Below are positions 1-15,300 of a stretch of DNA of 64,000 nucleotides, piece after piece. The position numbers and the translations under genes are program-made. The notes beneath the pieces were generated by a model. That model saw only the letters and a list, made by a program, of their open reading frames with translations. It was not told the DNA's origin and made no database searches. Each line of letters starts with the position of its first letter. The first letter of the stretch is position 1. Source of the stretch: Styela clava (lineage: Eukaryota); NCBI RefSeq assembly GCF_964204865.1, contig NC_135257.1, forward strand, positions 14,508,001 through 14,572,000. Reading direction: 5' to 3'.

Positions 1-309
1 TTTGACATAATTAACGCCGCTGAGTTTTTGTGTGAACCCCCGGATCCACTCGCATAATTCCGATAAGTTGGTCAGCTAAAGGAAGTTGTTTGTAGCAATA
101 TTCAATAAGAGCATAGATGTAGCATAACAACATTATGTTCAGGAGGTCAGCTCTACTTCAGTACCACCAATACTCCACTGGCTCAAGGAATCAATATTGG
201 TCTATTTTGAAAATGTTTGGCATTTGATTATTTTGAATTTGCATATGATTTATACAGTTGGGATATTTGGTGGATGTCTAGTATATTGATGAAGAGTTGC
301 CAAGCTTTT

Positions 310-346
310 TCATAATTTAATGACATCAATGGACATTTCCGAGATA
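310..346 (-). CDS. Probable terminal coding exon (PISEMSIDVIKL*)
   Basis: Strong acceptor TTTTTTCATCACTCAG, phase 2 fits, TGA at 312-310; splicing to an exon outside the window cannot be excluded. Confidence 0.6.
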
Positions 347-3300
347 CTGAGTGATGAAAAAATATGAATCAGGCTTAACCGTACATCTGTTTAACAGCAA
401 TGATTACAATATAGGTACTCCCCTAGTGTGTTTACCAGATTAGGTTTAGGCCATAATTTTATTCCAAATTTCCTTATTTTCGTTCTATTTCGAGATCGGG
501 CTGTCTGTGTTAGCCAAGCGAATATACCCCCTGTCTATAGGTTTCAGTCCCTTCACACAACTTGATGTAAAATGGAACAAAATTAGTTCCCTTCATATTG
601 GTACACACACTTCTGGAGCAGCACATTTCATCACTCATTTCTGCACTTTCATAGTACCCCTAAATACTATGTAGTAGCCTACCTGACTTCTTAGTTTTAA
701 TGAATAAGTCGCAAAAAATGTTTGATTTAAAAGACTTACGGCTGTCGTCTCGGCACAGGAAGTGAAGGTTGTTTATTTCTGTTCATATTTTCTTGTTCGT
801 TTTCTTTGGAATGAACCCAGTTTGCGTTGTCTTCGTCGAATCCTGAAAGAAATACATATTTGACATATTTTCTGGTTAATATAAATTGTATATAATATAC
901 AGGGTGAAAATTAAATTCAAAACAGTAATAGAAATGTTTATACCTAACACTTCGGTATTCTAGAATTATGCTATAGCGTTAATATAAAGTATAAATAACG
1001 AATGAATTGGATTTGGGTCAAAAATTTTGATAAAACTACGGTAATTTGAGTTTGTGAAATTCTGCAGTGATTTCCTTGCAAAATTACCAGATGCAGAAGA
1101 TTTTAATCATCTTAATTCTAAATGAATTTTGAACATTTCCAATCACTATCAGATCATATTTCACTAGTTTAGTGTGAGCAATACCATGACCTAATTTAAG
1201 ATAACCCATAAGCCATAACCTGCACCTCAATATTCAAGTGCAGAAATTTCAAAGAAAATGTGATTAATAAAACTATATTTAAAGTAATGGTATTATCAAT
1301 AAATCGTATATTTCATCATATTACTTTGACAGTTATGACCAATACTCGAGCAAGAATAGCATATTAGGCAATTATATACTGCTTAATTAATCAATCACCA
1401 AAATCATACACAAATTTTGGTACTATCGTAATGTATGTACCAGGTTAGGGTCAGACCATAGTTTTATTCTGACTTTCCTTATTTTAGTTCTATTACGAGT
1501 TCGGGGATTGTCTGTGTTAGCCAAGTAAATATACCCCCTGTCATAGGTTTCAGTCCCTTTATACAACTTGATGTAAAGTAGGAAAACAAAATTAGTTACC
1601 TCCATATTGGTATATACACTTCTGGAGCGCCCAAATTTGAATAGACAAGGCATATAATACATGGAAATCATGTAGATATCGTAACACATAGGGTAAAAAA
1701 TGGGATATATGCCAAGCAGCTCTTCCATTTAAAATTATACAGGGTAACCCGAAAAATAAAACCCAGGCCGCTCATAACATATTCTTGAAAGGACATAACT
1801 TCCTGAATTACTGAAACTTTTAGGTACAATCATGCACAAACAGAAGTTCAAGTGCTACATAAATTTTATAAGTCTTCTGTTAGTATTTTCTAAGAAGTTC
1901 TGTTTTTTTGGTCACCCTGTATGATGAGTTTCTACTGCTGTTTTTCGTAAAGTTCAGTTTCAAAAAGGTTTGTAATATTGAAACGTCAATCTAAGAAAGA
2001 AGCTCAATAACAGACAGATAAAGTCAATAAAAATACACTTCTTAATATTAAACCACTAACTAAGTAATCTCAAATAAAGCAAATTTATAACGAAAAATGG
2101 TGTTCTGCTTTCCCAATCAGCATCAATAACTCCACAAAACTCGATGCAAAATACTATATTTTTCAAGTAACCGATGATTAAATAAGCATATCCTTAACTA
2201 AGCTTTATATTATTCATCTTATGATAGTCCTACCTACCATTCCATTCAACACAGACAACAAATATTGGTAGCTCATCCCAAAAACTGTCACCTAATAAAA
2301 ATTTATTAAGGATAGTTTACGGCCATGGAATGAGCGACAGCACAGGAAGTACTATTAATAACTGCTGCTAAACCTCTTCTATAATATGATACTGAGTATT
2401 CATAATAAAAAAGTGACCAAATTAGCTCTTCATTGATACTTTACTAAGGACAAGCTGCCACATATTTGCTTGCGTGAAAGGATTTCTAGGACTTCTCATT
2501 CACTTATGTTAACTGTAAGATGATGCCAATATTTCTTTGATTTATTATTGTGTAATGAGAACCCCATATTAATAAATAAAACTTGAAAATATTAAAGGGA
2601 ATTTTCAATTATTTTTTCTGTTTTTTTTTATATTTACTTGTATTCATAATTTATTGATTCTTCAAAACAAAAAAGTCTAGCACAATTCATTACCCTGATG
2701 AAATACTTTAATGTAATGTTCATTGAAAATTTAAAAACTTATTTCATTAATAAATATGAATGATGGATATTTTTTGTGTTTCAGATATAATCTATTTTAA
2801 TCGATTTAATAACTTTTTTTAATTCAACATGAGACTACTTCGATAACTTATCATTATGATAGAAGCCTTTTAAATGTTTCGTAATGTCACACACACTCAG
2901 AAGTGAAGTGACTTTTCTCTCTGAGAAAAGGAACGGGCGATCACGGATTATATATATTAATGGTGGAGCATTACCCAATAGTAAATGCTGATTGTCACTA
3001 CACTTAAATAGTTTAAGTCCAATATGATCAGAAAGACAGGAGGAGTTATTGGTTAAAAAGTTCTGACATTAGAATTCTCTGCCTAGAGGTAAACTCGTAA
3101 TAAACAGATGTGAGTTCACGGCAAATAAAGTGTTACGGATGAAGCATTTCCTAGAAAGTTCCGAAATTAAAGGAAAGCACTCACTTTTCGAATACCGAAT
3201 ATTATTTATAAACTGGACTAGCCTATAGAACTCCCCATTTTTTAATACTACAAAGATAAAATGGCAGCTAAACAATCTGTTGTTTTACAACTACAAAACC

Positions 3301-6300
3301 AAAATATTATTCAGGTATTTGATTATACACCAGCTGAGTGAACATAAAATTACCTGCACAACAAATACATATACTCGGTACATCTGGTATTTTCAACCAA
3401 TACCAACCATACCAGTTACCACACAGCCATTCAATGACTTAATCAACATTACCTTCTTCCATCTGAGTTACCATGATCTCTGGATTAACAGAGTCAGAGT
3501 TCACCTCCTGTTGGTCAGGTTGAGAAACATTTAAAACCATCATAGCAATTTCATTTGGTTTTTCCAATTTATTAATCCAGTCAGTAATTGTATTATTAGT
3601 AAATTCCAGTTTTTCTTTTTTTAACTATGGTTTCGCTGTTAGTATCAACATAATTATAGAAAAATTTTGACACTCGAAACATTGATACTCCTATAAAGAG
3701 AGTATCAGTATCAGTAAAGCTATAGTAAAAGAATGAACTTAAAACTGAACTGAAAAAGTTATCAACATTATAGGAATGAAATACTAAAAAATAAAGCTAT
3801 ATATCGGCAATATTATACTTTAGCAAGTCTTTAAACTAATGACCCATCTCTACCTTTCCTCACTTTACCACCATAGTTGAAAAACCACAAGTAGCCAAGC
3901 ATAAACTACCAAGATTAAATATTTTAATATTATATGGTATATTAGGGAAAAGTCACAATCTATGTTACATTTAATAAAAAATTTTGTTTTTATTCAGGTT
4001 CAGAAGAATAGAGTTGATATGTCATGATTGGATATGTAATAACAATACCAGACAATACATTTAGACCAGGTTTTACAAACCAGTTCTCAATATTACATCC
4101 CTAGACCTGCCACACAGAAAAAAATATTCAACAAAATAACAAGAAACTCAAAGGAAAATCCTTACCGAATCCCATATTATATTCCCATTCAAGATAAGTA
4201 TTGTGACATCCCGTACAACTCCAAAAACATGACATTTGCATGTTGTGAGCCATAAGCCAAGGACGATAGAAGACCATGAAAACGCATCAGCAGATGACGA
4301 CGACGAAAGTAAAAACACTTTCAGAAACAGCTTTACACAATTAGGTTAGCGATGCAGAGCCAGCAAGACCAAACCAATGTCAGCCAGACGCACTCCAGTC
4401 TACCCACTCGACAAATTTAATGCCTTTGAATGTCACGAGAACCTATTTGTTTTTGGTTATTTCGTCAACTAGGAATTTCGAAACAACTCCCAGTAATATA
4501 TTCATGTTTGATTTCGGACGGCCGCAGGTGAATTTACGTCGTATATTTATGTTTGGCCACACCCGACTCAATTTGCTTTGATGAATCAACACGCAGTTCC
4601 ATTCTCCCGTCATAAATACTTTTGTGCTAAATAATGGAAGATCAGCTACCATACCAATGAAAGGATTAGTGACTGAAATAATTTAAGTGGTATTTTCCAC
4701 TAGTGTGTGCAGTGCTTCATTATGCCTTATGGGCATTTGTACTTAATCACTATTTAGCCAATGCAAAAGCAGGATTTCATGCTTTATCCAAATTCACACA
4801 ACGTTACGGTGGTTAGAGACAGGAGTTTATATTTCCAAATGACGCACAGGTGACGTAATACATCGAGGACGATACCAAAAATAGGGAGTTAGGTCATGTT
4901 TATGGCTCTCTGGCACGAAAAACTATGCCGAACAACATTATCGAAGACATAATTTGCGTGTTAGTAGAGGAAATGCACAGACAAAAGCTTTTACCGTCGT
5001 TGAAATGTGGCTTCAAAATGCATAACACGAAGTGTTCTGGTAACGGCAGACATGAATTTTTTGACAAACCAGGCCTGAATGGACATTGGTGGTTCATTAG
5101 ACCAAGTTATAGTCACCAGCAAAGGAACGATTAAACTGTAGGTCAACATTAAATCGACACCTCATAAAAAAAAATAAAAACGGTCGATTCTGAGATATTC
5201 CCCCATTATACTAATACTATACTAATTTCATCGCAACCTCCTGAAAACATAGAAATTGTGTTGGTGGAAAATCCATTTTCTCGATCTGATTTCTGCTCAC
5301 TTCAAAATTGACATCACTCAGACAGTCGCATTAGAATTTCAATTTTCACATTACAGTATTTTGAAGCAACAAGTCATAAATAAGCTCACACCAAGCTGCA
5401 CTGGACACCCAAACAAAAGAATAAGTATGATGTTATACAACTACTAAATCTTATGTCGTTTTGAATGCATGATGTCGAACCGTGTCCAGGATGTGGCAGT
5501 ACAACAAATCAAGCGGAAGTACTAAAAGGTCCTTTTAAAGTGTATGAACAATGCAGTTACTATTCGAAACTTTGTGAAACAAAAACCACTGAATTTTGTA
5601 TTTACTGAATGCATGTATCCGAAACATCGCGAAACAAAAGCAAAAGAAAGTCGCGTACTGTCGGTATGCGGTAACGACCCTAGGCCCTTACAAGACATAA
5701 AACATCTTTCAACAAACTATATCCATGATATGCTAATGTCACATTTTCAAATACTTAAATTCTTGGATTATGCTGAGATATGTATTTACTTATCTCAAAA
5801 ATACATGAATATAATAGTTACGCGAAATAAAGGAATAACCATCGCATTTTCAAGACGCCAAAAGCAAGCAACAAATCGTGACGAGGGATATAAAAAATGC
5901 CTTCAAAATACGCCAACTATTTCCGGCTTTGGAATGTGGTAAAAAACGCACTGGTATGCTTGGAAGGTCATTCTATCTGTGGTAGATGATTGGTAAATAA
6001 CAATTGCTGACAAGGAATATCGATCAAAATGTCAAAATGTATCTCGGAAACGAAACAAATATGAAATTATATGAAAATAATAGAAAACAAAGCAAAGTTG
6101 CTATATACAAAATTAGTACGAACTACCGTTATTGTGAGGTTCACAATCTAACATCCGTCTTAAATTAGAGATTACGGCGAAATTCCACTGAAATTTGGAG
6201 ATCTTTTTAGAGTACAAATTTGCATTTCTGCTAAATTATCATAAAAAATCTCGTAGGCATATATACATACATGTGACTCATATATAATAGTAAATAATTA

Positions 6301-9300
6301 ATCAGAATTATGAGAACATGAAATTTACAGACGTATGAACTTGAATAAATGTTGAATAGCAACGAACAAAGGTGTCTTCCTCACTGTTTGTCAAAGCATT
6401 AAAATGCGTCCTAAACACTGTAAATCCACCAATCGCGAACAATCGTAAACTTCACCCCATAAAAAGGAATCTGATGACGTCACCGCATACAAAAAAACGA
6501 ATCTCATACACATAGAACCGAACCTACAGGAATTTTTGAAATATATAAAACTAATAGCTTTATGGCGTGATGTAAATTGAAGCGATTGTCAGATTTCATC
6601 ACATGATTTGATGAAGTAGTCTGGCGCATTTGTTTTGGCAAATAATTTGCTTCAAATTGCATTGGAATGTATTTATGCAGTCCCTGATAAATTAACGTTG
6701 ACACGCGAACTACCGACATAAGCCAATATTAAACGGGGATCAAAACCAAAGATCTACGAACACTCAGAGGTTCACTAACTAAGCGATCGTCATATCCCAC
6801 AAAGTGACCTCGACCAACTACTATGGGTTTATATACCAAAAGCAACACTGCTTCAATAATAAACATTTGTCCAAAGTATTATGACATCATAGCCAAAGGC
6901 GAACGTTCGGCTATACAAAGGGCTTAGATGTACACAATAAAAAATCTTGAGTAACATGAAATAGACTTTCCAATTTTTTAGCAAAATTTTGTCGAAGAAC
7001 TGATAACTGGAGGGTGTACTTGGCAAATTCAATGATTAGGAAAACACTATAAGGTATGTATGTTTTTTTAACAGTATAATCCTACATGCCATATTACATG
7101 TCGATGTCAACTCTTGTAAGATAAAAGGCAACAATGATATCACATAGGAAGCAACAAAACCACACGATATGAGATAATCATGAAGAACTCCATAATAAAC
7201 ATGACGATTTACCTATTTTAATTCCTAAAAAAATAGTAACGTCTAAAAATATTAGTTGTTGATATAACAAACTTACTGAAAAATTTTTATTGTAATTGAA
7301 CACTTTAACGCATAGAAGGTTTAGAAAGATTCAGAAGGTTTAGAAAATTATATTATTATTAAAATTCAACATCAGCGATTGTTTGTGTACGAACGATTAT
7401 TAACGTCCTCCTTCGTCCCCTATTCCAAATGCAAGGCTTAAATCAAATTCGAAATAATAACATTCGAATAAATAAAAATCGGAATTTTATATCGATATAA
7501 TATTACTGTTCGCTTATTAAAATCTACATATGGCGCCGTAGGTAAAATTTGAAATAGATCAAGATTCTGCTACTCAAGGAATCGCATCGGAATATTTAAT
7601 GCTTAAAAAACTATGTCAAGTGTCAACCAATCAGTGAATGAACAAAAACAATAGATTTGATAGCATGTGATAATACTTAGAGTCGTTATTCGACGATTAA
7701 ACAAACGTCTTATGATATTGAGTTGTAATATTTAATGCCCATATTAATTGCATAAAAGAATTCAAATAACGAACTAATTTGATATGAGGTCGGAAGGAGG
7801 CGGAAAAAAAAAGTCAATAACAGTATTGATAAATATTTCCTAGTCGGCCCTTATCGATGTCAGGCAATATATTTTGGTATTTCTGAATAAGCATTCCAAC
7901 GAAACTAATTTGATTACGTCAGCAATGCCAAGTTAGAACGAAACCAAATAAAAGATAATCAATTGCTAGACTACAACTACAGCGTTTATTCATGTTATGA
8001 AACTTAATAGCAAGAAATATTGCGATAATATCTTTCCATAAAATTTAATATAACCAGCCAAATCACACAAAAACATGTTATTCGTTATAATGTACCCGCG
8101 ATCAAGATGTGCTTAAAGTGACATCAGTCTCAAATGCACTACCCGCAAATTTACCATGAAAATCTTCATTCCAAAACACGATGAGCAAACCAACAAATAT
8201 TAATAAACGTAGAAATTGAGAAATTTAAATACAAAGGCTCGTGTTGATGGGGAAATTTTGAAAAACAAAAAAAATGATGAACGATTGGATGCAAATTTTT
8301 CAAACAGTTTTCAAAGTATTTCAGCAAGAATTTTTAAAAGTAGATACAAAAAATTCCCGAATAAATTAGAATTATATTGTAACGTTATATTACACCACTC
8401 GAGATTTCGAACATTTCATTTCGATGTCAATTTAAATCCGATAAGTGAATATATTGCAGAGAGCAAAGAAAGAAAGGAAATAACCACTATATTAAAGATA
8501 TAAAAAAGAGAACAAAGATGACGACAACTTCACCAACACAGGTGCATTGAATATATCAAAATAGCGGTGACATAAAAATTGAATCAAATAAGATCTACTC
8601 TCGCGCCAAAAGTGACTATAAGAACCAAAATTAGACACGTCATTTTTAACTACTCAAACTAATACCCAGACAAAAACCTGATACCTATCACTTCTTCTAT
8701 ACCATTTGACATGGAAAACAGACATATTGGCTGACTTTATACGACGCAAAAGCACCGTTTAACTAGGCTAACTTTACGTTGTGCTGTCACCTATGCCAGT
8801 TTTGATATCGATCCGGCAGTCCACATTGTATTACGTCGTTTAATCACGCATTTAATTCCGATCACGTTTCAGAAAAGGAGTCGCCAAATGAAAAGTGTCA
8901 AAAGACGTGACAAGCAGTCTAAACATTTTTTTCAATAGATTAAGAAAGAAAAAACTAAATATAAATCGTTTGTGTTATGAAAAAAAACATTACGATGACT
9001 CGCATTAATTAATACCAAAATAAAAAATGCCTGGCCAAATACCAGTGACAACACGTTGTGCTGTGTACAAATAAACTCCACTATTAACATATAGCCAGTT
9101 TCAGTTCAAAAAAGAAATATCACAATTTTATAGAATGACTGTATTATTGACCTTGATTTAGCAGGGTTGGTACAACTGGGAGTAGGGCATAATATTGAAC
9201 ATTTCCAGGAAATAGGTTGAGTATTTCAAGAGAGTGGTTTTAGAAAGGAGGCGACGATAGGTTGGTTTGCTACTCCCGTTATATGTGTGCCAGGTTGAGG

Positions 9301-12300
9301 TTAGGCCATAATTTTATTCCGATTTCCCGCATTTTAGTTCTATTACGAGTTCTGGAACTGTCTGTGTTGGCCAAGTACTTATACCCCCTGCCCGTAGTAA
9401 TCAGTTCCTTCACACAACTTGATGTGAAGTAGGCGAACAAAATTAGTTACCTCCATATTGGTACACACACTACTTCTGGAGCGCCGTTAGTTCTTTATAG
9501 CAAAAACTGGATATCGTTATTTTTCCGATAGCACCAATTTACCAATCATGACCATCGGCATTTGGAGACGACAAAAATTGTTAATATGATAAATACGTCG
9601 GAAACAGAAACGAAGAACAATAAGGACTAAAAAAAGTGACAGACGTATGCAAAATGCAAGTATCATTGAAAAAATACCATTCGCTAAAAATCATTGAAAA
9701 ACACAATCTACTCACCTCCCCATCTTGTTTTCTCAGGTATCTTTCGCTTTCTCGTACTCAACGATCGTCTCAAGCCGGCAGCGGGTGAGCTGACACGCAA
9801 GCTCGCGACCCGTTCCAGCGCTGGCATTGGACGCATATGTATTGTGCACCAGTGACAAACACAAACGCAAGGACGATTTTCCCTCCCTCGTGGACCTTTT
9901 CCCATTCAACAGGAAATTCCGATATTTAGAAATAACAAGCGTATATATATCCTTGATATTCCCGTAATACAGAAGCAGGAATCAGTGTAATAACTTTGTA
10001 TTCAATATTAATATTGCTTGTTTTACAAAAAAAAAATTGAAAATTGATTAAATTTGTGACGATTAATAAACTACCGGTATCTATCTCATACTATGGGTTT
10101 TTCTACGTTACATTTTCTACGTTTCTTTACCAGAATTTCGGAAGAATATATACAGATTTACTGAGTAGCAGTCCCTAAAAGTAGCATACTTAGAATCTCA
10201 CAGTGCGCTACTATAACCGGGCATAACTTTTCACAAATCAATGAGCGTTATAGATTTGGTGTGATTTTCGTACGGACACAGTATTATTACCATAGAATTA
10301 ATTCAATTCAAATACAAATTTAAATATTTCAGAAGAATAAAAATTCACATGCTTCCTCACACTACGTTCTAGTCTAAGGTTGTTGTTCCAAATTCAACCC
10401 GACAGAAAAGTACTGCTCACAATGCAGTAACTAGGGCAGTCCTAGTGGCAACAGATTTCTATTACCTTCAACTGCAATTAAGCCAAAACTACATATTGGA
10501 AGATGTGTTGGACTAGAGTCAAAGTCATTGACAAATGACAACGTCGCGTGATAAACCGTATAAACACAAGCCAGTTTACTACTTTCAAATATTTCACCTC
10601 CTACCAAAACACTGAGTCCCTTATAATTTTCAGACAAATTTGCGTTCACGAATAGGTTCAGTAAGGCGACTAATAGACTGAGTATTCCCGTATGTTGAGC
10701 CTAATATAGGACAGACGGTTGAGGGACCGGTAGCCACAGAGCTATGCATAATTAATAAATATCGTCAAACTGTGATGGAAAATATATTGCATCTCGAGAA
10801 AAACACAAGCGTCGAAAACAATGACGTAATCTGTCAAATCGATGCTTTTTTGTTCAATTTTCAATTCGCTGTCAAATCGATGATTTTTCGTTAATTTTCA
10901 ATTCGAACAAACAAAAAAAATCGATTCAATATTCCGGGTAATCGCTTGTTTAAAACACTATATCTAGGGGGACAAGGTTTTTGTCCACCTAGACTGTTGG
11001 GCCATGCAAGTGTGACGTGGAAAGTTACATTTTGTGAACAATATTTACAGTGTTACAAAAGCAAGAGGGGAAAACAATCTCAACAAATTCATTGAGCTAT
11101 GTTTTAGCTAAAACATCAACATTTAGTTTCAATTTGGTTGTGGCAGCACCAGGTGGGCCAGATTGATTTACCCTACGAGCCGAATTTGGCCCGCGGGCCA
11201 TAGTTTGCCCGTGCCAGCTTTATAACATGAATGAACAAGCAATCTGATACCTCGAACGCATAAAATATCGTAATTATCTTCAATATGAAATACATTCAAA
11301 TAAATTGGGAAAGTTAATCCTGCGCTATGTGACTACAGGTTCGACAAAAATTGTTGGTTAAAAAACAAGTGGCGCGAACAAATTTTCATTTTAAACCAGA
11401 AACTTATATGATCAGTTATGTCAAATTTGGGCATCAATACTCAAATGTGTTCGTTATATTTTCACACTTTGACACCGTTCGTTTTACATCATACTAAAAT
11501 GAATTAAATTGTAAACAACGATGAACTTATACCGGGTTATCAATTACAAAAAATATTGTCATTAGAAGATGGTCGTGTGAACATCAATTACCCATTTTGT
11601 TTCAATTTAGAACGGACATCACCCATCCATCTATCCAATTACTTATAATATATTTGCATACACATTGTGATGTGTGTTGAAAATATATTTTATTAATTTC
11701 AGTAAATAGACATAAATGAATAAAAAAGGTCGCACGTGTTATAATACCGTTAAAAAGTCAAGAAAAATACCCGAATTCATTTACATTTAAGTATAAAACC
11801 AAATGGCGTTTGGGTATTATTGATTCATGCACAACCAAACATGTACCATTGATGAAGCGTGCCGAGAAGGCGCATTTTATCTATGGCACATGTTTGGCAA
11901 AAGATACTTTTTATTTGGTCTTAAATATACACACTTACGATGAAATACTAATTGATTTGTTGCACATTTTTTACAGTACGGAAAAGAATAATTGAATCAA
12001 TTCCAATGTAATTCTCCTCAGATCGTAAAGACGAAACCCATTAATATTTTATGGTATTTTCACGTTTACGACGTGACAACGACTGTTGAACTTGGCGATG
12101 TGTACTCTTGATGTAAAATCCCCTTTTTTGAATTTGAATTTAAATCGCGTTCTGAGAACTACTGTTTACAGTCTTATATTTTCATAAAGCTCAGGCTAGT
12201 GTGATAAATTACTATGATATACAATCAGAAAATGTTCACACACAACTAATGTCGTAAGATTGTGTACTAATCATAACAGCGTGTTATTCATTATCAGTTG

Positions 12301-15300
12301 TCATTTAGGCTGAAGAAAATCATGTTCAGACGATGAGTAATTAAAAAATTTATTGGTCAAAACGTAATATTACCAAATAAGTAAATTTGTCAATAATAAT
12401 GTGTAGTGCAAGACGCTAAGATGAAGACATGGAGTAATGAGACATGTATTATTGAAGAAAATGTTCGAAGATTTAGAAAATCTCCTTTACACTTTTCCCA
12501 ATATTCGTCATTTGGATAATGAAATTGGTTTATTTTTTGAAGGAGAAAAATTTGGCTAATATACGATTTCGTTCACAATGTTTGAGTTTGAACAGTCGAA
12601 ATAGAAAAATTACTATTCGTTTATCAAAGAGTAAAATACTCGTTTCCGTTAAAGCTAATCCAATAAAACACGTAAAGTATAATAGTTCTTATTCCCATAA
12701 GTTCTCATTATCAATTCCATATGTCATTTCCGCCAGTCGGAAGAATTATTAGACTATATTATCTTGATATTGATCAATTATTCTAATTTCCGCTATTTTC
12801 CCCTAATTCCGGAAAAAACGATTTTAAGTAGCACATAATAATTCCAAACGCTTTCCAACTTTAGGATTTTAAAATGGCCAGGCTGTACAAAATATATTCC
12901 CACCCGCATAATCGATCTGTTTGTGATTTTCATCAAGAATAGTGAATGGATCGCAGCTGAAGCAAATTCGTTATTCCATAAAAAATTCAAATTGAAATTC
13001 CCATTTAAAGACTATTTTAGAGAGATTAAGTCGTGAAACTGTTTTCAAGCTAACGCATACCAGGAACAGATTAATGATGTCCTAATCCTTTTGCAATGTT
13101 TTGAGATTTTCTGCTATGGTTTATAAAGATAGGCCGATACGATTAATTACGTGTTTACAGAAAAGAAGTTTTGTTTGATGTTCACTCAACTTTCCTTTTA
13201 AAATAAGTTTATGTACAACCAAGAAGTCAAGTGCGGCGTCGCCAACGGGTTAGGAAAAGTAGGAATTTTTAAAAGCAGCAGACAACTTGAGGTTGCAGTG
13301 GAATTCTCCATAGGGCAAAAACTATTCGCATAAAAATTTCTACAATTCAACAAAGTTTCTACGTTTTCGAGCAGCTCTAATTTCCTTCCAAACAGAAGCT
13401 CAAAGAATATTACCTAAATTAGACGCTGAAAAGCATTCAAAGCACTCTTAGAATATTCCTAAAATAATAAAAAATTCAAGAAAGAACACTCTTGCTAATT
13501 CTGACATGCTCGACGTACGGCTTGCACTTGACATACTAATATGGTATGCGCAGCTGTAGAATGGCGACGTCGCGTCTTGATTTATTATTTACCCTCTGCT
13601 AGTGCGACGATGTTATGATGGTAATAGATTGCTTACAGCTATTTATCAATAAACAAGCAGTTTATTGGTCACGTGATAATATGACGCAGATTGCATGAAG
13701 GTCAGAAAACAGTAGCAAAACTAAAAACATAATCAGAATGACCTGGTGAACTGCAATCCCCTGTGGCCTATTTTGTTAAGGTGGTCAATTTAATGTTCTA
13801 CAGGGACTTTGTTGAAGCATTTGCATGTAGTTAGTCACCTGAACAGAGCCTACCTGCATATATATGCAAAAGTAACACCACATCAACATTGATTTACATT
13901 TTTAAATGTCAAAATAATATATAGGTTGCAATATCTTAAATGGATGAATTTTGGTGCATAATAACGATATGCCAAATTTTACTCATCTAATTAATAATTT
14001 CACCTCTAAAGTTATAAAAACTTTTGATTAATTTTGAAATCTTGAAAATGACATCTTTTAACACAATACAATCAATAAAACATAATTTCCAGATTCGTTT
14101 AAACTCAATTCGTCGATATTACCATGGCTGTGTTTATAGAATAAAATACGTTACAAAGAGAAGCACTGAAAGTACTGCCCTTCTAGGTAGCAAAAGTATT
14201 ACGTATAGCATTTATAATCAAGATATTGCACTTAACATTGACTTATCTCAACAGTGACTTGCTAATATAACACTTCTAGAATACGCCGATTTGTTACACC
14301 CGTAAAACTTTTCATTTAGATATAGAAATAGCCTATATCAATCATTGCAACTATTTCGTAACTTCAAAATTACGTCATCACTAACAATCATTCTAATTCC
14401 AGAATTGCTATCTTCGAATTTTAAAATCCAATAAAAGCCGCTTTAATTCACAACATATAAGTGTGTCTCTATCAACCATATGCCTCACATTGACATGGTG
14501 CTACTACATAGAGATAATCCGTTATCAAGAGGATTTCGAATACTAATTTCAAATGAGCTGCTTAATACTGGGTGTATATTGATCCCTCGACGAATGCGGT
14601 TTAACTACAAGTACATTTAATAATGAGAGTTTTGTACTCGTCTCGATTCACGCGGACACCATGGAAAACTAATAGTTAAATTTAATGTAATTTCAACGTG
14701 TTTGAATGTGGTAACAAGAAAAATATAACCAATTTAAGCCAGCAATGAGGAAATCTAAATCAGACCCTTCTTCAATTCATTGGATGAAATCTAGAATCGT
14801 GAAAACTATCACATTCACTACGACTGCGAAAGCAAAATGGGATTGAAACATGAAAATAAATGTTACTGTATATTAAAATGCCGCCGGTTACAGAGTTGGT
14901 ATAAGTTTGGCAATCTAAGCGAAATATTTTATTATCAGTACTGATTACAATTCAGCCATATTCACACGAGAACAATACGAAATTTACTTCGTCAGCAAAA
15001 ATAAATTGTAAACGATAAAGTGTAATGAAAGCGTCAATTGGTCGGACAGAAATTTCAAAAAAACGTCAGACATTGAGTTAAAAAAATACTGTATTATAAT
15101 TTTTATGATATAAATAAATCTTACTACAATATGACATTATCATATAACGGACAAATATTTCTGGGTAAACTATATGCAGTCAACACTACTACGAATATAC
15201 AACTGAATTTAAAAAATTTAAATTAAAGTAAGTGTAATGAAAGCGTCAATTGGCCGGACAGAAATTTCAAAAAAACGTCAGACATTGAGTTAAAAAAATA

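Noticed and set aside
1423-1728. 101-aa minus-strand ORF
   Set aside because: Lies mostly within repeat family A copy 2; no protein-like features or usable splice context
5544-5942. 132-aa plus-strand ORF in the large intron
   Set aside because: No recognisable motif or splice support; compatible with chance
11938-11966. ATG...TC|GTAAGT as a third alternative first exon (MCNKSISIS)
   Set aside because: Ends in phase 2, incompatible with the phase-1 acceptor at 842
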